In this document: positions 10,990 through 24,505 of the stretch, in pieces
Layout of the letters: every line of letters starts with the position of its first letter
How positions within the stretch are numbered: the first letter of the stretch is position 1
Assembly: GCA_027923505.1 (NCBI GenBank)
Contig: BROI01000004.1
Coordinates: forward strand, 558,001-622,000
Direction of reading: 5' to 3'
Length of the DNA stretch: 64,000 bases
Source: Mayamaea pseudoterrestris
Lineage: Eukaryota
Notes under the pieces: generated by a model
What the model was told of the DNA's origin: nothing
Seen by the model: the letters and a program-made list of their open reading frames with translations, nothing else
Database searches by the model: none
Program-made: the position numbers and the translations under genes

Positions 10990-13900
10990 ATGTCTCACAA
11001 AGACGATGATCGACGAACGAATAGGAATGAGACTCCTCAGCGCGGCTCCGCAATTGCTACTCCGTCACACAGGATCATGACGACGCCTCGCATCTTTCAG
11101 CAGCATCCAACGACTGGGCCGCCGCGACGGCAACTCGCCTTTGAGGATGAACAACAACGACGACAGCAGCAGCAACAACAAGGAAATGATCATCATGGAT
11201 CGACAATGTCAAGTCGCTCTGTTGCAGAGAGCTCAACAACATCGGGTCTCATCCGTCCATCCACCGTGCAAACGCCGACCAAGTTTCGGACACCCATTCA
11301 ACCTCAATCGGCACCGGCCAAGTCACGAACAACTACGGAAGGGCGGCGCACTAGCGCGCGTAGTTTGCATCATTCGCCGCTGGTGGCCAAGCAAAGTACG
11401 AGTAGTGGCAGCATGAGCGGCAGCAGCAATTTTGCCAAGTTTCGAAAGATTCGATTCTCGCAGCAATCCTCCAAGACTCGCACATTTTCATCCTCCTCCA
11501 ACAACAATACTACTACTACAAAACACCGAGACTTTATCACGGAAGCCAGCTTGCCCCGCCTCCAGGTTCGGACCGTGTCGTTGACGCAGCGATGCGCCTT
11601 TGAGCGTCGTCCACTCATGCCACTGGACGAATGGACCCAGATTGCGTCGCAGCAATCCGAGCAGCGACAGACCAACGTTAGCTTGCGCATGAGTCCCAGC
11701 TACCAGCATTTGCAAGTGCTGCATGCATTGTGCGTGGAAAAGCAAACTATTAGGCAGTTGCACTTTGGTCCGTCCATGGGACAGGATGCCGACTTGTTTG
11801 TGGACTGGTTGAGTGGCGATGACGATCGAGACGCGGCGGCGCCAAAGAAAGTCAATATACATGATGGCCGGTACCGCAGCATTGATCCAGTGCAGGCAAC
11901 ACTTGCCTTGCTACCAGCGAGCAAGGTTGCTCCAGTATTTTCGCATAAAAAGACGCGGCTGCCAATGCGCATTGACGTTGGTTTTCCAAATGCCACGGAG
12001 ATGGAAGTTCGGCAAAAGCAATTGGAGATTCAGCATGAGACGGAGTGGGAGGAGGCGAGTCCGCGATTGGCGTTACTGGTCACATCGGATGACTTTGGAA
12101 CTGTAATGTCGGACAATGAAAATGGCAGTGATGATCAAGTCAAGTGTCAGGAGCACTTGGAATATAATGGAGGGGGTTTACCGGACATGCCCTTTGCTGG
12201 TAGGGCATTGTTGCAGGCCAAGGAACGAAACGCCAAGCACTTTCGTCGAAAATCTTTGTCGCATCTACGAAAGTACATGGAGCCTGATCCGTACAGCATG
12301 TTGGCACCGCCGCTGGATGCCACCTATAGCCAAAGTCAAGGCTGGCGGCCAAGACCGTATCACGATCGACCAGCCGGTATGAAGTACTTGCTCGCGTGTC
12401 CGCTAGAAGTTAGCTTTTTTGTTGGTGACATTGAACCATTAGTCTGCAGTTTGGCGCTCTACTCGTTGCCTCGCTCGGGCAAAATTGAACAGGGAGAAGC
12501 ATATGGAAAGATGAGCGAGGAATTTTGGTTTCCCGCTGGTGATTGGGATAGCGACAAGGTTCAGTTTGAAGGTGCCAAGCGAGAAGATGGGACGATTGAT
12601 GAGGATATTTTGGAAGCATGGATGCGGCGAAAGCGAAAAGCCATATTTTCTTACGATTCCTTCACTTTGACCGAGTCGTGTGTTTTGGTCCTCCAAGTCT
12701 TTAATGTAATTCGTCCTGACGCATTGACGCCATATCTTCAGCATGATGCAGTGGACAGCTCTTCAACCGGAAAAATCTCTGATACTGCCAGCGATGTACG
12801 AATCAGCGCCGATCGAGCTTTTGAGCAGCATGGAGCGCAGTTGCTGTCGCCTTTATGCTTTGGTTTTACACAGCTGTCAATGTCGGATGATGCTGCGAAT
12901 AACGAAGATGAATCGTCACTGGTGTGGCCTCGCGGCGAAACGCACAATTTCCAATTATACCCCAGCCCAGATCGCTGCCATTCACAAGAACTATTTGTTG
13001 AGGTATTGGCAAGCCTTGTCAGCAGTGGTGCTGATTTATCTCCGATTCCGGAGTCGCCTTTAACATGTGAAGCTCAGGGTGATTACATGCAGACCCTGAC
13101 AGAGAACTCGGAGTGTGTTGTTTCATTAAACGGACCGAGCTTCACGAGCAGGAGATCGAGAGTCAGCGTGGCTCGAATGTTTAAAATGACAACTAGAAAG
13201 AAAAACACCGCCAAAGGAGTCGATGATAAGGACGACTGCAGGGACAGGCAATCGCATGACTTGAGTCAGGCAATCGGGTTTGGAAAGATTTATCATTCAA
13301 AATTACCCACTGACTTTCTTCAATGCATGCTATCCAATCCCATCGAGCTGGAATCTTCACAGAACGAGAAGAATGGTACCCCTTCTCTCCCACGGCTTTT
13401 CGTTGACGTATCGGGCGACTGTTCTGTAATATTGGATCCAGATACTCCCGAGGAGGGAGACCGCGTCAAGGCTCGTGGACGCAAACGATCAAATCTTCTG
13501 CGGCTACCTCTTCCTCGAGAGCAGTCAGGGTATATTCCATCCGCAGAATATCAGGAACTGCTCTATTTGCCACCAAAGCTGGAAAAGCATTACGAAGCCG
13601 ACATTGGCTTCCCTTGTCGCTCTCTAATAAACGTTTTGTATTTGTATCCCAGACTTCTTCGAGGTGACAATGCGAATTCAGGATCGCGCTTCACGTTGCG
13701 TTTTCAGGTGAGGCATGCGCAGTCGAACAACGACGACGAGTCTGAAGGAAATCCAGGTGCCCCGACGGTCAGAGTTTTCTACAATCCTGCGCCGTGGACT
13801 GGACCGTCGCTCGTCGACGAACTCTATACTAGGATTGGGTCAGGTGACAACGACTTAGAGACTGGTATTCTATTTCGAGACGAAATTAAGGTAAGGCTAC

Positions 13901-16900
13901 CAGAAGTACTCGATGGGAGTTACACTTTGAACGTCACGATTTTTGAAGTGGAATTGAATGCAACCGTCGCGAACATTCACGAACTAGCGTCAATCACAAT
14001 ACCCTTGAGCACATCGTCAGCTCGCGGCAGTGACGTAAAAGACCGTATTGCAACTGTAATCCCAAATGGCAATCACCGCTTAAAGCTAGGAAAATACCAG
14101 TTACAGCTTGAAAGTCGTTTGATCAGCAGTTTGCATACAGGAGATCCTGCTATGGCTCTAATTTTACGAGATTATCCAATGCAAGTAACACAATCGCATC
14201 AACCTCAACTTGCACACACCGAGAGAAACGATGACTCGTCAAGTGGCAAAGCAGAGCCAACTCTATTCAAAGCATCGGGCGCTACTATTGCAGCTCATTT
14301 TGAAGCGCTTTTATTTATGGTCACTTCGGATCTTGTGATGCGCGAAAACGGTGATCGAGCTCCGAAGCGTACGTCGAGCCACTTAATCAATATGTTTGAG
14401 GTACTAAACAAGATCAGGCAACGCTTCCTGGACTTTAAACGAATTGGTAGAGCTCAGATGGCATCGTTTTTAAAAGGCCAGCTTGATTGCTTTGAGGAAA
14501 GTATTGCTTTGCCTCCTACATCGATAAATAATTCACTGGCAGCAGATGTCTTGCCAATGAAAAAAGACGACATTACTGACGTTCCATCTGATCAAACTTA
14601 TGTCGAATCGGAAAACATAGATCCTGCTGAAGAGAAGGAACGCAAACGAGCCGCTAGAGCCAGGCGACGGTCGAGGCGGTTGAGTACACGGCACGAAATT
14701 CGAATGTCACGGCTTGTTGATAATTTGGGCGCTGCAGGTCGCGCCTTTTCGCGTGTTTCGTACGGAGCAGCAAACAGGGTCGACCACATGTTGGTCGAGT
14801 CAGAGACTCATCGGGACCAAGAGAAGTTCGCTTTTTATTTCGAAGACGATGAGACTGTGTTCACAGCTCCGACTATTGCGGGGCCTCGCGCTCTTGATAA
14901 AAACGAAATGGAATTCATTGTTAACACAGTTCGCTCGCCGAAACGTCGACATTCGGAGAACAGCATAGTGCGCTCCGGTGTCGCGCCACCAGAGGAACAG
15001 TCTCATCTCAATGGAGGCCAAGAGTTTGCTCAGCGAGTTCGCACTGTAGCGCAAGTAATGCTTGCGCCTTGTGGTGTTGCGCCGACCGCCTTTATGCATC
15101 CAGCCGCGGCTCCTGGACCCAATCTAAAGAGCAATCCTCTGATCAGCAAGGCGTACGACGCGGCACACGCAACAAAGGTATGTCTGTTCAGAATTTTTTA
15201 CGGATGACAGCTAGCCCTAACGGCCGCTTCCAATTATATCAGATCACAGAATTAACTGTTCATTCTGGGTCAGATGTTGACGATGAGCCATCGATTAAGA
15301 GCACAGGCCAAAGCGACAATTCCGCCTCACAGACGAGTAGACTCGGGGATGCAAATGGATCGCCTTTGCTGTTTTCGATGGAGAATTTTGACTCGTGTGT
15401 TGTCGAATCAGCGGTCGGAAAATACCTTTATGAGACTGTACTTGTGCAGTGGTTGAGAGCATGGATGGACGACTCGGAACTAAAACAAACCCGTGCAGTA
15501 CGAACGCACAATCGAACAGCTTCGCCGAGCGAGCAATCATCATTTTACGACCATCAGAACTTCTTACTGCCTCTCTGTCTCAAGTCAATCTCACTTCGTT
15601 GCGAAATCGAAAACATGCACGGATCGGCAACTCCAGCGCTCTTAGACGATGTTCATATGCATGTCCTCAGTCTTGTCGTAGATATGCTCGCCAGGGAAGT
15701 AATGGATGGCGCGTCACCAATGCTAGAATCAAAAGAAACACGCGATCAAGCTTTTCTCTGTGCTTTAAGTAATTCCAAAGTGATCAATGATTTCCTCATC
15801 GGGCTGTCTGGTATCCTGCATCCCGAGCACACGAACGTGTTAATTACCAACTATGTTGCTGCGTTAAGGAGCTTTGAAACCGATTCATTCAATTCAGCTA
15901 CTGATCCCCCCTGGACAGATGGTGCTGTGGTGCATCGAATTAAGTGCTCACGTCAGTTGCGCCTTCAAGTAGTGGAAACGTTTGCAGTCCTTCCATATTT
16001 CATGTCGCTGAATTTCCCATCAAAGTTTGCTTCCGTGCAGGACAACGAAAAGCCGATAAGGGCCACATGGATGCACCAAGTCTACGACTGGAAGCCGTAT
16101 TATTCGACCAGTCCTGTGGATGAGAAATTGCCTCACGCTGGATGGTTAGCGAATTTGCTAGTCAGTGAGGCATTGTCCATATGTGCCGTGTCATGCGACA
16201 CAGTGCTAACAGAAGCTGTGACTATGACCGAAGAAACTCCCAGGACCTGCAAAGATTCATTACTGGCTAGGGAGCCTCATGGAGTGCTTGGTTGCGATGA
16301 TTTACTTGTTTTCCAGTCGATCGCTATACATGCCATCACTTGTGTGTACGAGCTCATTATCCGCCGTCATTCGATGGACAGGAGATATCAATCAGAGTTA
16401 TGCCAGGAACGGGTTGCGGGTGTTATAGGTACACCAATTCTACAGACATCAATAGCGGCTGCTCGGTGGCTGGCTCGATTAAAGTCAGGTCACAGAGTCC
16501 GCGTTCTCTGGATGATGTCGCTTATCTACATTCTCCAGGAATCACCTGAACCGTTTGTCGGACTTTTCATTCGCGGGCTATGTAATAACTCGAGTGGTTT
16601 CGGCATTCACCGCTTCGTTCGTTTGTTACGTCTCGGCAGCGCAACTTTTCAGTGTTTAATTAATTGTTCGCCCCACAAAAACCTCACAAAAGAACTTGGT
16701 CATGACATTGCGCAGTGGATTGTACAAGAGAGCTTTAACACGATTTGCGCAACAGCAATTGTTGTCGTCGACGAGTGTGCCAATCGTCTCGCGGCTTTTC
16801 CTAAGGAACAGGAACGAGTGGCTGCAGGCATATTGGATCTCCTATTGCATATTCTTACGATGCCTCAATCTCCAGTTACTCATTTAAGAGCAGTAGGTGG

Positions 16901-18620
16901 TGCCTTGCAAGTTCTTGAACTATTTGGGGTGGAAGTGTTTCTCGAGGTAACAGGTCAAGAGTTGCAGCACTGGCTGAGGGTTATTCTCAGCCTCATGAAC
17001 AGCACCTCCCTCTCTGTCCGATCAATTGCGGTAGATTTTTTTGTATCTCTGCTTGGAAGCACCTACGATTTTCTAGGCTGTACAGACGAACTGACTATAA
17101 CCTTCGCAACTTTGCTTCCTGAGAGTGCCGCTCGAGAGATTGCACTTTTTAGCGTGGCTGGTCTCGTATCATGTTCGGAAGACCTTGTGAGGTGTCTGTG
17201 GCCTTTGCGCCGTTCAATCGCAGATCTAGAAGATACGGATGAACGCATTGATACTCAGCTGGTACCTACATTGTCCGCATTTTGCCGTGCTTGCCAAGCC
17301 ATCATTGATGGTGTCTTGTTGGAAGTACGACTGCGTGGCGAGTGCACAGTAATCGCAGGGACTGAAGTATCATTCTCGGTTAGCGATGCCCTTGACGCCG
17401 ATGAAGAGAGTTTACTGGAGGCTGCGTCGTACTTCTTTCCTGAAAGCGGGCCGATGCAACGACTCAGGTGGTTGCTTTCGCTGCGCACTCTTCATGAACA
17501 GAAGTGTCAGTGGATTGAAGCAGGGGAAACGCTATTGCTGTGTGCAGCAACCATCACGAGCTCGTTGCCGCACCTGAAGGATGTCTGGCGGCCGTCAAGG
17601 TATGATCATCGGGTCGACAGCGGCAAAGCAGGTTGGCTCGACTCGATTGGCGACGGCGAGGATCTGGCCCATCCGAACCGCGGAGATGTCCAAGTGTTGT
17701 GCTTCGCACAAGAATTTCTTGAGCCTGGTAATCTATTCAATTCAGCAGAAACTGATACAGTTACCAACAAGCTGCAACAGCCCACAATACAGTCTATGTC
17801 GAAGCTGCTTATACAGATATCGCGGGATGTTGTCCATAGCTTTGCTCGACACGAGGGAATGGAAGACTATGTGAGCGCAAGACTCGAAACTCTGCTTTCA
17901 TCAGTTATGGGTATACTCCAGAGCCTGCGTCCGAAAGCAACAGATGAGCGCTCCATGAGGGGGATGGTCTTGAAGCAATGGATGGATGATGAAAGAGCAC
18001 TGCGAAACGCTATTATTAGCATTACTGCTGAAATGGCGAAAGTGTCCAACGACTGCATTCAAACGGCACCCGGCGAGGAAGGCACTGGCGAGCAGATTAT
18101 TCTAAACCGACCTCGTTCAAATCGCCCATCGTTCTTGGTGGCTCGCATTTCAGGCAAAAAGTCCTTGCGATTTCTTGAGAGTACAGGCATCCCTGTCTTT
18201 CTAGAACCTGCAGTCCCATTCATATGCCGCATGCCGCCTGATACAAACACTTTTGTGTCAGTCGTCGGCACCGATCTTCAAACACCTGCGCTGCTCTTTG
18301 CCCAACAACTGGTCTCATCTTTGTACAAGGAATGCCCACACGAATCGGTAATTCTCTCATTGGAGCCATGGAATGATGATGGCGACGTGACTGACGAGTC
18401 GAAAACATATTTGCATGTCTTCTCCGTCGAGGCAATTGACTCCGAGTTGATTATCGGTGGCGGATCTCGCTCGAAGGTGTTCTTTTATCGCAAGCCAGGA
18501 AGAGATGTTGGGCAGCCTGCAGTAATTGAACTGAAAGTGGCGCAATATTTTCCTTATGCCTTGTCTCGGCAGAGAGTTCTTGTGACGACCGAGATTGTAG
18601 CGGCACAAGTCAGGTATTAA
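10990..18620 (+). CDS. DOCK-family protein (DHR-1/C2 domain, ARM region, partial DHR-2); 2 exons
   Basis: Exons 10990-15177 and 15243-18620; phase-0 intron 15178-15242 (GTATGT..CCCTAAC..ATCAG). IEPLVCSLALY/KMSEEFWF region, C2 motifs NVLYLYPR and FRDEIKVRLP, lobe-A-like PMQRLRWLLSLRTLHE..WIEAG, lobe-B-like FPYALSRQRV. Confidence 0.8.
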
Positions 18621-18703
18621 TTCATATTAACAAATTATATAATATAGAGTTTTTATTAAACATGCGAGGAGTTGTATTCGTTTGACAAAAGTCAACAACA
18701 CCT

Positions 18704-20741
18704 TTACAACGCGTCCTCTTGTTGCGGGCTGAGAGTCGACGCTTGAAGCGTTGGGTCGCCGCGGCCCAGCCGGGCAATCAAAAAGTCGTGAAAGTCCAGG
18801 TTCGTAAAGTAGTTTGAGTGTGCTGTAACAGCCGATATGTATTCGGAATCGACCACTCCCGTCTGCAATGAATAGTCGACGCGCGCAGAATCCTTTCCGC
18901 TGAGTGGAAATGTGGGAGGCCACTCCGCCAGTGGTTCAAGCGTTCCATTTGCATCCTTCTTCGCAGCCGTTTTTGTCTTTGTTATTTCTGTCTGACTGAG
19001 AGTTGTGATGAACGCGCCAAACAAATTGCCACCTGGACCGCTAAGATTCTTGGACAGTGCGTCTCCAAACAGCTTGGCTTTCAGGTGCAGTCGAACTTCC
19101 TTCCCCGGAGCCGTCAAGTAAATTGGAGGAGGCAACTCGTCAACTGTCATGTCAGGTCGCAGCAAAAGCGGCTCAATTCTGTAAGCGACGGGATCGCTCG
19201 GATGAAAGATATTGTACAACGCACGAGTCGGAAGCGTGAACGGGGACGCCGACGGCACGGTCATTGATTCGTCAGGGCTACCCTTTGCAGCCACCAAACG
19301 CTTCTTGGCTTCTTCAACTGCCTGGCAACGCATCTCGTCAAACACCGCATGAGCCCCTCGAAGCGTCAAAAACAGACCAATGGGCGAACCCAAAAACAAG
19401 GTGCAGTCGGGTTCGAACGGAAGAGTGACTGTCATTGCTCGCGTCAATGAAGGACCCCACGTTCCATGCTCCGGCGTTGCCGCATTTTCATCTCCTTGAT
19501 AAGCATACGCTTGGTATCCCACATTTTTAGGATCGGGAGACAAGGGAGTCGTGGTAGCACCTTCTTTACCTTGATCCTGGTCCTGCTGGTTCTTTAAAAT
19601 GGCGAGCAAGTCCCAGCAAATGACGCTACCAAGACTATGACCAATGAGCGAACATTTGCCATTATTTTTAAACTCGGGATGAACTTGGTTGAATTTTGCG
19701 TGAAGGTCACAGATCTGGCTGGAAACGCATTCGAGCGTCGCCTGGCAAAAGTTTGGAGTCTGTCAATGACGAGCGAGTGTCAGGAATGGCCGTAAAGTGT
19801 ATAAATCATCCGTTAATCAAATCCCATTCACTTACCAAGTACATGAGCACGTCAAAGACAACATCGTTCGCAATCGCTCTCAAGGCCGGAATCGTTGGAA
19901 GCGTTGTGAGTTGCAGCGACTTCATGAGTGCGCTACTCGAGTCGTGGAGCCGATCGAACCACTCAATCGGCAAAAACTCAATCCGCGGTGGCGGCGGAAG
20001 AACCGTCTTTTGCAACTTGCACTGCTCCTTCCACTGCTCCACTTGCTTCGTCTGCACGCTTGTGCGAAGCTGGTTCATTGCTTGGAGAATGCTGGCAAAC
20101 TTGGAATCCTCGCGTGAAAAGTAGTTTTCGCCAATGCCATGCACGACAAAGACAAGGTGTCGGACTGGTCCTAAGAGTGCTTCATTGTCTTCTCCTTCGA
20201 CATTGTATTCGCCGTAGCCTCGTTGAAGATTGTACTGCGTGGCGAACCACCCCTTGTTCGTGACAACAAGTTTTAGTGCATTTCCACTCTTGTTCAACTT
20301 GACAACCGATCCATCACTCAGTTCCACTTCCTCCTTCATGACGGACGAAATTCCCACCGACAGAGACCCCGTCGCTGCCACCGCCTGCTGAAACAAACTC
20401 TCAATCTTGTCTCCATCCTCGTCGTTTAAGATGGGGTGCAGCAACGCCTTGGAATCCTTTCCCTTGTTTTCCTCGCGCCGAAACCACACGGACCGACACA
20501 AGCTGCGGTCATTGCCGCGCACAAAATTGTAGCGAATGATTCTTTCCTCAACAAAGGCAGTCGCGCGGCCGCATTCAATGTAAATGCGAGTATCAGTGTC
20601 TTTGGTCGCTGCCGCTTGATTGAGGGCTTGCGAGTCGGACTTGCGGAGTGGCATCCACTCCTCGCTCGAGTCGAGGGTTCGTGCGAGCCACACGCTGGCA
20701 GCATTGGCACTGCCGTCCTCAATGCCTTCCCAAGTTGGCAT
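18704..20741 (-). CDS. DDHD-domain phospholipase A1 (PA-PLA1/SEC23IP family); 2 exons
   Basis: Exons 20741-19836 and 19759-18704; intron 19835-19760 (GTAAGT..GACAG). HLVFVVHGIG, IEFLPIEW, lipase motif IGHSLGS in exon 2, FLGSPIGLF, YNIFHPSDPVAYRIEPL, RVDYSL, AHSNYF. Confidence 0.9.
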
Positions 20742-21079
20742 GGTAGATTTGTTGAATAGATGATGTTGCTTACAATAGTTTACAGGAAGATTGTTGGCGA
20801 CGTGGAAGCACTTTTGTTCATTGCGAGGACGGCGAAGTAAGCGATGAGATAAAAGTCGTACCGGTTCTGCAGACGCCATTACACGCTGCGACACAGCGCT
20901 ACGGAAACTCCATCCGTCTGGCCAAGATGTGCTTGAAACGAGACTACTTGAAGCTATCATTGACCATAAAAGTAGCATTAAAACTGCAAAACAATCTATT
21001 AACCATGCTGCAGATAGATAGCCAAAGAGTCTACGAAACTCTAGCACCCCCGGCGCCCCACACATCCCACCATCAAAAT

Positions 21080-22296
21080 TCACCAACCGTTGGAAGCGGA
21101 GCAATCCTGCGGCGCGGCACCATAGTGAACGTGCTGCACTCCCGTCGCAATCGGCTGCACGTGTTGGTAGTATGCATGATGCTGCTGCGACTGCTCGTTA
21201 AAATGCTGAGGATAGTACAGGGGCGTTGGCATGGTTGCATGCTCCGCCGCAGGATAGCGTTGCCGCATGGCCACATCCAGTGGCAAGTAGGAGGAGCCGC
21301 CGCCATGATGCACTTGTTGTAACTGACTGTCAATCGGATGAAAGCCAAGATCATGTGTTGGCAGCTGCATACCAGCAGCGGCGGCAGAATGCTGCAAAAC
21401 TTCGTACTGATTCATAATGGCATAGTCGGGCGGAAGGTAATCGGGCGTTGGCGGTGACGGCGTCACTTGGTAAAACTGGCTTCCGCCTCCTCCTCCAGCA
21501 CCAGCAGCAGCTGCAGTAGCTTGTATTCTACTACTTGCATTAGCCGACTGCATTGGAATCGTTTGCGGCGAGTAGTGACTATATGACTGCTGCTGCGAAG
21601 TTGCCGCCATGGTTTCGAGAACGGGCTGCTGCTGCATGGTCGTCATCATGCTATTACTGTTAACCATGGATAGCGATGACGAGTGCACCATGAGCTCGCC
21701 GCGGTACTTGGAAAAAACGTCCGACGCCACGTGCAGCGAAAAGTTGATGCGAAACAAAAAGTCCACCTCCAGTCCATTCATTTCCGACACCAACACGCCT
21801 CCCACCTTGGCGTAGTACGCATTGTTGTAGTAGGCATCGTCAAAAAACTTGGCTGCGAGCAGTACAGCCGTAATGACGACGCGATGCACGTTGAGCTCCG
21901 TCAGCAAAAAGTTGCTTCGTTGAATGAGCCGATCAATGTAGATCAAGGCCAAGACGAAGCACTCGTTGGAGCAGGACGCGTACTTGTGAATGCTGCGAGT
22001 GGATCAATAGAGGCAAAGTGGCAATGTAGTGAGCAAAACAAGTGGAGCCATTCACAAAGTCAAATTTCCATGTATACAATGACGTAGAAAGCGCTCGCAT
22101 ATTCATATAACTAAACGTACCGCTCCAGATACGCCTGCACCGTAATCCCGGGCGCCTTCATGGCGTGAAACCTCGTGACTTGGCCCGGATCCAGTCGCGC
22201 CAAGTGGCCATTGGCTTGCACCAATCGATCCAGCACATTGGCCAAGACGCGGCACAAAGCTTGGCCCTCGGCAGCTTGTGCGGGAGTCGCTTCCAT
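21080..22296 (-). CDS. PHO80-like (P/U-type) cyclin with Q/H-rich C-terminal tail; 2 exons
   Basis: Exons 22296-22121 and 21992-21080; intron 22120-21993. Spliced reading [39 protein letters not shown], then [38 protein letters not shown]. Confidence 0.93.
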
Positions 22297-23213
22297 AATG
22301 ACTTTTGTCAAGTTAGATACAGGAGTTTGTAAAATGTACAATTGCCAAATGGGCAAACTTATAAGATAGTCTTGGGCTTGGACATGGTTCGTCTTGCTAT
22401 ATCAGTGCTTTCAAAATGTCTCTCGTCTTGGCGGAATGGCGTTTTTGTAAAATGCTTGTCGTAATGAACAACTGAATGATAAAGGTGTATGAATGAGTAG
22501 ATCTATATAGAGGTAGAAGCAAGGAGAGGATCCGAATGAATGCCTGCCAAGGAACAAAAGGAACAACGTGACGTAAGCAACTTGGACATTTGCGTGACAA
22601 GAAGTCAACACTATCATCCTCTCTATCTCCATCATGTGCTGCAGCTGCATGAACAGCTGCCATGAACGCATCGAGTCTTTTCGAAAGCATCGAGTCCCAT
22701 GGCCTTTTAGACTGATTTCGAAACAGCCTTGCGCCTCTTGCGCCCGAATCCGTTTGGCGTTTCACCTTCGTCTCACTTACAAAGTAGTGCGTATATATGA
22801 AATAGCCAATGTTTCTATATGCGAATGAGGTACTGTAGTATGTGTAGCAAGCGACTCGTCTATGATGATAGCCTCGTAGCGATAATCTTGTTCTTCTTCC
22901 GCCTGCCCTTATTATTGATGGTGATGGACAGCAGCTGTGGACGAAACGAACGCGTCCCTCTCGTTCGATTCAAAATTCGGCCCGTCCACAGCCACACGCT
23001 TGGAGTTCTGACAGGCGTCGTCACAAACGGTACTCGAGTCACAAGTTCCGAAAGTCGGAAAAACTCGGACCCCTAAGTAATGAAGAGATGTCAGTGACGC
23101 GGTCGACAAACCTCCATCCAACATGCATCTTCACCATGGCTGCATGCATTGGAAATTGGAACGAATCGAACGACAGTAGTATCTTAAACCTCTAACCACC
23201 ATCATTAAACGCC

Positions 23214-24440
23214 ATGGCTCGAACACCCCTTACTAGAGAGGAGAAGGAGAATGCGACGAATGAGAAAAAGGCTTCCAGTCCTGCCGTCGAGCCAATTGCC
23301 AACGGAAAAGGTGCGCCTCCCAAGGTGCCGCGAAGAAAGGCAACTAATCATGACAATGCGCATGAGAATGGAACGTCGACGACTAGTCGCAAGACCGAAA
23401 TGAATGGATCAAAAGAGAGTATAAGTCCCGAAGCATTATCATCTCCAAGCATCAACGAAGCGACGACTATACCATCGCAGCTCCCACTCGTTCCATCATT
23501 CGTTGCCTGTATGCGCGCCAAGGAATCCATGCTGTCGCTGCAATCCTGGGTCACGCTGGCGCTGACACTGGACGGCCGCGACAAGATGACCAAACTGCTG
23601 CAGTACTTGTCGCGACTGGCGGCGTACTTGGTGGCAAGTAGTAAACATTCGAGTCAGGCCAAGCGATTCGTCGCCTTGAAAGTGTCGCTCACGAACAGTC
23701 GCAAGGCCTTTCGACTCGGGCGTACTTTGATTGAGCTGCATCGACTGAAGCAGCTGAAATTGTGGGAATCGTTCATAGAGACATGTCGAGTATCAAAGTT
23801 GGCGGATGCAGAAAATGATACTCCAAGTCAATTGTCACTGGCATGTCGCGCCTATCAATCGATTCTATCACACTTTGCATCCTTTTTTGCAAGCACCGAC
23901 AATACTGCTTCAACAGCATCATCGACACCCTTTCTCATGGTGCTTGGATCAGCGGTAAAGCTGCTTGGATTGGCCGGCTTTTGGGCCGGTGACAATGTCA
24001 ACTACTTGACCATGTCGAAACTCTTTGACAATTACCAGTCAAATGACAGTGAACGCCGTATGAAACGAATGCAGTTGCAGTCGAAAGCGGCAGTCTTTGC
24101 CAATCGCTCATATTTCATGGGATCTTTGGCCGGCTTGTACGTTTCCTGGCGCGCCTACTACCGTTTCAGGAGGCAACAGCAGTCGGAGCAAGCTGCTGCT
24201 GCCGCGGCGCCAGACAGTAACGACTCTTTACAATCGGAGCAAACCAAGGCCAAGCAGTTTGCCTTGTTTACAATGTTGCTCAAGAGTATATGCGACGTTT
24301 TGGTATTTTCCAACAATCCGGGACTTGACCTTTGGCAAACGTATCGGGGACGCAAGATGCATGAAGGCTTCCACTGCTTGTGCGGACTCACGAGTGCGGC
24401 GACGGTTCTATACAATAATTTTCCGGATGCGAAAAAGTAG
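23214..24440 (+). CDS. PEX11: Peroxisomal membrane protein PEX11 family
   Basis: LDGRDKMTKLLQY, SLTNSRKAFRLGR, C-terminal hydrophobic CGLTSA segment; ~100-aa disordered N-terminal extension. Confidence 0.85.
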   Translation: MARTPLTREEKENATNEKKASSPAVEPIANGKGAPPKVPRRKATNHDNAHENGTSTTSRKTEMNGSKESISPEALSSPSINEATTIPSQLPLVPSFVACMRAKESMLSLQSWVTLALTLDGRDKMTKLLQYLSRLAAYLVASSKHSSQAKRFVALKVSLTNSRKAFRLGRTLIELHRLKQLKLWESFIETCRVSKLADAENDTPSQLSLACRAYQSILSHFASFFASTDNTASTASSTPFLMVLGSAVKLLGLAGFWAGDNVNYLTMSKLFDNYQSNDSERRMKRMQLQSKAAVFANRSYFMGSLAGLYVSWRAYYRFRRQQQSEQAAAAAAPDSNDSLQSEQTKAKQFALFTMLLKSICDVLVFSNNPGLDLWQTYRGRKMHEGFHCLCGLTSAATVLYNNFPDAKK

Positions 24441-24505
24441 AATTATTTAACTATTTACTATCTTAATTTACCTTTTTGTTAATACATAACAATTGACTGT
24501 TTTCA

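Noticed and set aside
11150..11181. CAA/CAG runs (with similar trinucleotide runs near 39555-39575, 53350-53368 and 61620-61655)
   Set aside because: Ordinary coding low-complexity tracts (poly-Q/T/S/E), not arrays or CRISPR.
20742..21104. N-terminal extension of the DDHD ORF overlapping the cyclin stop
   Set aside because: Non-ATG start and non-protein-like sequence; ATG 20741 is in good context.
22397..23124. Several 60-122 aa ORFs between the cyclin and PEX11 genes
   Set aside because: No motifs; better explained as divergent promoter and UTR sequence.
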